Source: Balanoglossus misakiensis (lineage: Eukaryota > Animalia > Hemichordata). Taken from it: DNA of 64,000 nucleotides. The stretch's first letter is position 1. Every line of letters starts with the position of its first letter. The DNA is taken from contig CM082576.2 of NCBI GenBank assembly GCA_040954595.2, positions 8,311,129-8,375,128 on the forward strand, written 5' to 3'. Positions 57,246 to 64,000 of this stretch are shown here, piece by piece. Position numbers and translations under genes: made by a program. A model generated the notes under the pieces. That model saw only the letters and a list, made by a program, of their open reading frames with translations. It was not told the DNA's origin and ran no database searches.

Positions 57246-60200
57246 CATCCTGCGCTATTACGAAGACAATACAACTGATCGGAAAGCTATGTCCAGGCCT
57301 TAATATATTTATCAAGTATTCGCTCCCTCGAGGTCCGTGCAGCCTGAGGCAGACGGGCCCGGAGCAAGGCCACGTACACGTTGCACCGTAATACTCGCTT
57401 CGTCAATCATTTCATGCAGTATTAACCGTGGTCTAAATTTAGACTACAGAGAGACTGGGTTGTTTCAGCGTTCGATGCCTATTTCATTGGCAAGTGATTT
57501 TAGCTTCTTTTTTTTATTGTTAACGTTAGTTTAAAAACCATCAGGCAGGTAACAAAGTGTGGAGTTGTATTCTTCCAAGGAACGGGTATATATTCACATT
57601 TATGGAATTCTGTCGTTCAATTCAAGAACGCTGTCGATTATTTCTGTATATTATTGAATTGAATTGAACTGAACTGAACTGATTCAGAACCTCGGGACAC
57701 TGCAAACTCAAAATTTAAATTATTAACGCAATGTGTTATCGCGAAAAAATACGATTACATGTACTACAAAAAAGATCTCGAACCCGTGACCTTTAATTCT
57801 TATTAACATATGAATAATATCAGTTTATGGAATAGTGGAATTCATGCACAGAAGATCGAATTTCGCATTTCATTCTCCGCGCACAAGATAATGCGGTTCT
57901 TCACGAGTGAAAAGAGCTGGAAATTGCGCGCAATTTTACTTGCTTATAGGTCATCTGCTTAACGGCGGGAATATGTCTTGCTTCTAAATATAGTCTGCCT
58001 GAGAGCTTTAACGTACACCCGACCAGATGTAGGCAGGTGCGCTGAAAACACCGGTAGGGCAGGGACTCAAACAAATAAAAAAAAACATGGGTAATATTAA
58101 ACGCGAGTAGGGTTCCAGAAAACACTGGGTAATATTACATGCGAGTTGGATCCGATAACTGCTGCGGGAATTTATGGGAAGATATTAATGAAAGAATTGT
58201 ATGAAAGCCGCGCTAATGCAATCACAGTCATTGTGACCCCCCGTGGTCGTTGCCTTTGTATAATATCAGCAAATGCATTTAGCTCGTTACGACGGTTATA
58301 TTCTACTCAGAGACGACGATCTAGTTAGCAAATGGATTGTTTTGAAGTCCTCTGAAATATACTAAAAATGGAAATCATGCCGCCGCTTTGCTATGACGTC
58401 AGCCCCAGTCTTCGTTTTGACTGGAGCTGGCCTCTGAAACGCATTTGGGTTCGAATTCCATCATGATAAAACAAAATCCGAAAACCCAGGAATGATGGTG
58501 CTGATAAATTCTAGGATATTCTGAGATATTTTCTTTCAAGATATTTTGTTCACTTTATAGATGCACACACAAAATGTCTGATCGTGGCGTATTTGCTTTG
58601 CCTGATTGATGAAAGTGGCCGATGGCGGTTCGTGTTTTGCGAGCGGTTCGTGCAGGCTTTCAACACAATGGCATCATTGATTGCTGTACACTTTCACGTC
58701 ATTACAAGCCCAGTGTTTTACATTACAACTAATCAGATTATTAATAGAAAAAAAACATTAACAGGGCCAGAAAGGCGAGATATTTACCGCCACTTTCAAT
58801 TCAGGTTTGTGTTATTAATTATCGACAGCAGCATTATTTTTAATCATATTTCAGCATAAATAATGCCCTTTTAGTATCTTTTTAGAAACGAGGCAACACA
58901 CTAATTTACGTTATATGGAGGGACGTGGTAGAAAACAATAAACTGTTAGCGTAAATTAGTTGGCCGTTCTGCTAAATTTAGAACCCATTTTCATGCATGA
59001 GGTTCTCCCAAGTAAATATGCTGTTAATCGCAGACACGGATCAGGTCAAAACGGTGTGGTATACGTTAGATGAATAATTCACCATGATAGCAGACGAGAC
59101 TCCGATGCCCAGAGAAATCAACACCCCCAGATCCTTCAAATTTCAAAACAAACGTCGGTGGCAACTATAGATAAGCGTAGTTGGCCTCGGTGGATCAGCA
59201 GGCGTAAAGGGAATATGCGGGATTAGATATCTTTCACTTTGACTTTATATCTTGTTTTAGCGGGCGTTGGAATAGCGCGGGGATTCCCACCAAATTAGGC
59301 GCGCGTCAAGTAACGCAGAGAAAGCTGTATACACCGGCAGGGTAAGAAGAAGGCGAATGTTATGTTATTGCACGGTCACTAGAAAAAAAGCCAAGTAACC
59401 ATGGTTTTTGTTTGACACTTGAATAACAATTAGCCAATTTATTTGCGGGGCATGCGCATGACGCACGAGCCCACGCGCCAGTCCACGAGAGACGCAGATG
59501 CGAGCGTGATTGCTGTTACACCAGACAAAACCGTTAACGTTTCTCGCATTCTTATGCAACCCAACGCCGACTTTGCATTCGTTGAATTTTCGCACAAACA
59601 GGACATCACGGAACAAACAGATCACGTGCAAAATCCAGACATTGTCAGTCATCTCACACCGGGGCGAATGGATCTCGCGTCACAAGAAAGAACTTGAGGA
59701 ACGAACTACATGTACACATCCAGACATGCTTAGCTGCCTTTTCAATGGAATCATTGTGGCTTCTACCTATTATACCAACACCCATCCGTCTATCCATAGA
59801 GGCGTTCGTCCCCCACCCACATATCCTACTTTATAAAATCAGCCGTCCACCTATCCAACTGTCTGTCCATCACCTTTCCACCCACCCACACACACACCCA
59901 TATGACTACATGATTGTCTGTCTGTCCGCTGTCCTTTAAGTTTACATTAAATACTGTTACTGTGTCTACCCCCGCTTCCCGCATCTATCACTATTCTCCT
60001 GCAAAACACCTGGAGCTGTTTCTGTTTTGCAGAGTCAAATGTAACCCGTGTAATCATCGCTCATGGTTCAAAATTAACGTTGAAGAACGAGTACATGTAG
60101 TCAGATCATTCCAGGAAACGCGGTGCCGTCACGCTCAGATAAAAGATTCAGGGAAAGTTATGTAACCAGTCATTACACCCTCTCGAATGACGTATTAAAT

Positions 60201-61734
60201 CAAGATGTGAAGTTCGAGTTTACTCGTTACAACAACAGCAAAAACGTGGTAAACATGGTATAATTAACAGGCGCAGGTACTAAATAATTCATCGAAGTTG
60301 TCTATATTTCGTACTAGGTAGAAAACCGTCTCTTTTGAGTGTATCTTAGTTGCAACGTGGATTCCGTTTATTGGACGCATATGTGGTGGTCTCAAAAAGG
60401 ACAATGATTAAAACAACCCACAAAATGTCAAAGGTAAACTGACAAATAAATATGCCTTTTCTATACAATGTACCTGATTGTCCATTTATATTTTCCGTTA
60501 GAAATCACACAAAAAAACTTGGAAATACTTGAAAAGATGTTCTGGAATTTTAACCACTCCACGATTACCGCAACTGCCTCCAACGCGATGTGCTCTCTAA
60601 AGACCGAAAACGAGTTGGTTAGCGTCACCATGGTGATCCCGTGTCGACTTCGCTTAAAAGTAACAGCGGCAGATTGAATCGGCGCGCGTCACCGACTGAA
60701 CATCCGTCTGGTAGCCAGCGAAGTTAATTGTGTTGGGTCCGGCGATCACAGTTTACCCGGAGTGCCTCGTCCGGTCTGTCTGCGCTGATAATTAACACCG
60801 TGTTGTAAAAAAATTGTCTCGGGATGGAAACCGTGTTAGAAACCATCACAAACTATAAGAAAGCGTGCGCTAATGCGGACACTGTTTATGTAATCTCGGG
60901 TTGAGTAATGATGAAGTTATGGCAGAAGTCCAGAGCCATCCAGCGTCGCCGTGGTATAGAAGTGGGTTTTTTAATGGACAGCATTAAACTGTCGAGCGAA
61001 GTCTATTGCTATCGAGTGTCTAGCTCGGTTTTCCCTGCTTCCCCTTTTCACATATTATAAATCAAGAATTTTGGGTGGATGGACAGATGAATGGGTGAAT
61101 AGACGTCTCTAAAAAGACTAAACGTGTAGGTGAGACCGATTGTCTGGCACATTTCTGCAAAAGATCCAAATCACATTAATTCATTCTGCAACTGAGCCAG
61201 GGAGTATATTCGAGACGGTAACAAAACTCAACTTCAAGACAAAAAGATTGATGTCATTGCTGTAGGTTTGGGCGTGGCAATGCAACCATATGCGTGCATC
61301 TTTCCGAGTAAGCCAGTGTCAGGTAGATAATACTGCCGAAGGCACAAACCCCCAAACACGCTTAATGCGTTGAACGGGGACTGTACTGCCAAGAAAGACA
61401 AGCAGTATTAGTTAGAACGGGCTATTAGCATTGTTTTTCCCCTAACAACCTTAGTTTTAATGGATTGACCCTAATTTAATAACGCATTTGGTTTTTAGAC
61501 TTGCGTGCTCAGCTTTCCAACCAGGTACAGATTACTGAAGTGGTTATCAACTTCACGAAGAAAATAACAACACGCCTTAAAATTTTAGAAGAAGCGCGAT
61601 GGCGTGGGGTGGGGTGGGGTGGGGTGGGTGAGGTGGAATTGAATGGAGAATCCACAACAGGAAAAGTGAGCAGATGTCAAAACCAGGGTTTGGGGTAAAG
61701 TATCCGCCTCGGGGAGGATTTTTTCTAGAAAAAT

Positions 61735-62154
61735 GACACAGGGACTGGCGGCCATTATATTTCAGATTTGAGATGATTTTGCTCTCTCATTCAAAATTGT
61801 TTGCATGGTGACCCCTATTTTTTACTCTCAATTTTAAGAGAGAGTAATCTGAAGTTGCCTTGAGCAAATATGAAAGAACGTTTTAAGTCAAATCTTACAT
61901 TATAGTCAGATGCGACAGCTAAACAATGTACAGGGGTCAGCGTCGAAGTACCCCCCCCCCCCCCGCTTCTTCAAATTTTCTCCATTAACTTAACAGAGGA
62001 ATTGTCGGCCATTTTTAATTTCCAAAATTGATTTAATTTAATATAATATTGCTCCCTCGTTCAAGATATTTTACATGGCGACCCCTAATTTTTATTCTCA
62101 ATATTAAGAGATAATAATATGAATTTGCCTCGAGCAAAGTATGAAAGAAAGTTT
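61735..62154. repeat. diverged direct duplication of a ~150-bp unit (probable repeat-family fragment)
   Basis: 61779-61883 ttgctctctcattcaa..catggtgacccctattttt..ctcaattttaagaga..ttgccttgagcaaatatgaaagaa vs 62049-62154 ttgctccctcgttcaa..catggcgacccctaatttt..ctcaatattaagaga..ttgcctcgagcaaagtatgaaagaa; both preceded by cggccatt. Confidence 0.8.
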
Positions 62155-64000
62155 GAGTCTGTTTTTCCAAGTGCATTCTACCTTCACGGAATTGTGTTCA
62201 TATTCCTTCTTACATGGAGGCATTGCCTTTTTGTAATTTGGTAGAACGATTGAACCCTGGAACAAAACTGACATATACTAGTCAGAGGCGACAGACACTG
62301 TGAGCTGGTTAGCGTCAGACACCCCTCCTCCTCTTCATTCACGTTACAACCACATGCGTGCGGGTTTTTCACGACTCGCTACTGAAACAGGTGGGCTGGG
62401 TATTAGCTATCTGCCTTTCGTGCAAAGCCAGCGTAATTATACGATTTAAGGAAAGCCATAACTCAACCGTATTGGCGGCGGATCTATAGATTGTTAATGG
62501 AAAGGATGGAGCAGTCGCCGCTTTTCAAACAAGGGAGAGCATGGAAAGCATATTTTTTACTTGATAGCCTTGAATTGTTTAATAATAATAATATCCAGCT
62601 GCCGTTTGGCATTGAGATATACGCCCATACATATAACGTACTGTAATGAAAATTAAAATATAAGGCGTTTTATTTTTTGCGGAGTAATAATACGATTCGG
62701 AAACCAGGTTCCTTCACAAGACGTGTCAATTATTGCAGGTTTGATTGGACATCGATGGCAGCACAAAACAGCCATTTTTTACTCCGCCGAGCAACAGCAG
62801 ATGTCAGTCCATTTAAACACTGTTGTGGGGGGGGGTGGTCTCATTGGCATGCGCTGTGTTGACGCGTTCCGGGGGAACTACGCGCATCCACTTACGTATA
62901 TGTGAGGGAATTACATAACTGCTGCTGTAGAATGCGTGATTGCATTATTCAAAGCTCGTTCAAAATAAAAGCGAGCGAAAAGTCAACATATCACCTGCTC
63001 CACAAGGCTATGACTGTAGCTTTTTATGGAGCTCTTGCAGAATAAATAGTGGGGATCGATCAAGTTGATATCTCGAAAGGTTAAATTCGGTATTGTGTTT
63101 TAGCGGTAAAAAAGGCCAGTAGCAATTTTAGATCTATTTTGGGGGTTGGTGCCTGAAATTTCCATAATCTAATTGGTGTCCGATAACGAGGTTTATTAGC
63201 GCTAGGCTTCCGCCCACATCACTTCGAACTCCGACCATGTTGCAAAAAAGGGGCGATTCGTTTTAATTTTTGCTCTGGAAAGTGCGCATATTTTCAAGCA
63301 TAAAATATTCAGGGGGATTCTGGTAGAACAAACTGATCCGAAAATTGCAATTATCCCGTTGTTATCGGCCGACTGGCGCGGCGACCCCCACGCACACTGA
63401 GGAGGGATATAAAAATAGCTCATGATGAATTATGCATTAGCACCCTGTAGAAATGATAAAAGCGGGTATGGTGCGCGGCACTTCGGAGGTTTTAATACGG
63501 TCTAGATTTTATGTGCCTTCCGTAAAATGTGTTCCAAACTTGAGGAGAATCTGTGACAAGAATACATGGCGCTGAGTGCAGTTATTAGCAACATTATCAC
63601 AAGAGCTACCGACAACCCAAAGGCTGTCATATTATTTTCGGCAAAAATGTCTGCGGTCTCGCACGTGACCGATTAATACTTGAAGTGTACATTTCGTAGC
63701 GAGAGATTCATGTCATCGAAAATTGAGAGAGAGCCTTTGAATTAATATTCATGTAAAGTATACAGTATACTCCATATGGATTTGTTTATGCTGGTTGAAT
63801 TTTGATCGAACGTCAGAACATCACGGTATACACAGATCTGTGTCGGCAAAGACATGACTTGGTTGTGACAGTGAACTGTGACAAAGGTCCACATACACAA
63901 GTATAGCGCTTTGATATCACCACTGGGTGTGGTCCGTGACAGTGTCTGAAGATTTTGAAAATGTAACCTATCCCATATCTACACGACTGTATGTAGACTT

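Noticed and set aside
57655-57682. Apparent DR4 on the - strand
   Set aside because: By-product of a (TGAAY)n pentamer repeat; excluded from the DR count.
57770-57795. tRNA-like B-box fragments (AAGGTCACGGGTTCGAG on -; similar at 34541, 45517, 58447)
   Set aside because: No cloverleaf or properly spaced A box; at most SINE debris.
59443-59697. 84-aa ORF with protein-like composition
   Set aside because: No recognisable homology or splice context.

Overview
Eukaryotic (invertebrate animal) genomic DNA containing three spliced genes, each reconstructed by hand with consistent GT-AG phases. (1) A 5'-truncated GH2 beta-mannosidase (MANBA)-like gene on + (15 exons, 102-5895). It keeps both catalytic glutamates, but its substrate-binding motifs are strikingly rewritten (WDW->SAF, N-E->T-E). 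(2) A DNAJC4-like J-protein gene on + (5 coding exons, 7221-8671). (3) A convergent SMOC/Pentagone-type secreted BMP-modulator gene on - (12 coding exons, 30573-12148, ~558 aa) with signal peptide-Kazal-TY-EC-linker-TY-EC architecture. The remaining ~33 kb upstream of SMOC has no recognisable coding exon. It carries a cluster of four RFX X-boxes, a POU octamer cluster, canonical nuclear-receptor direct repeats (DR2, DR3, DR5; DR1 and DR4 lie in SMOC introns), a candidate CRE/GC-box/TATA promoter, a TTAA-flanked MITE and microsatellites. No prokaryotic features (CRISPR, rRNA, operons) were seen. Gene identities rest on remembered family motifs, not database searches.
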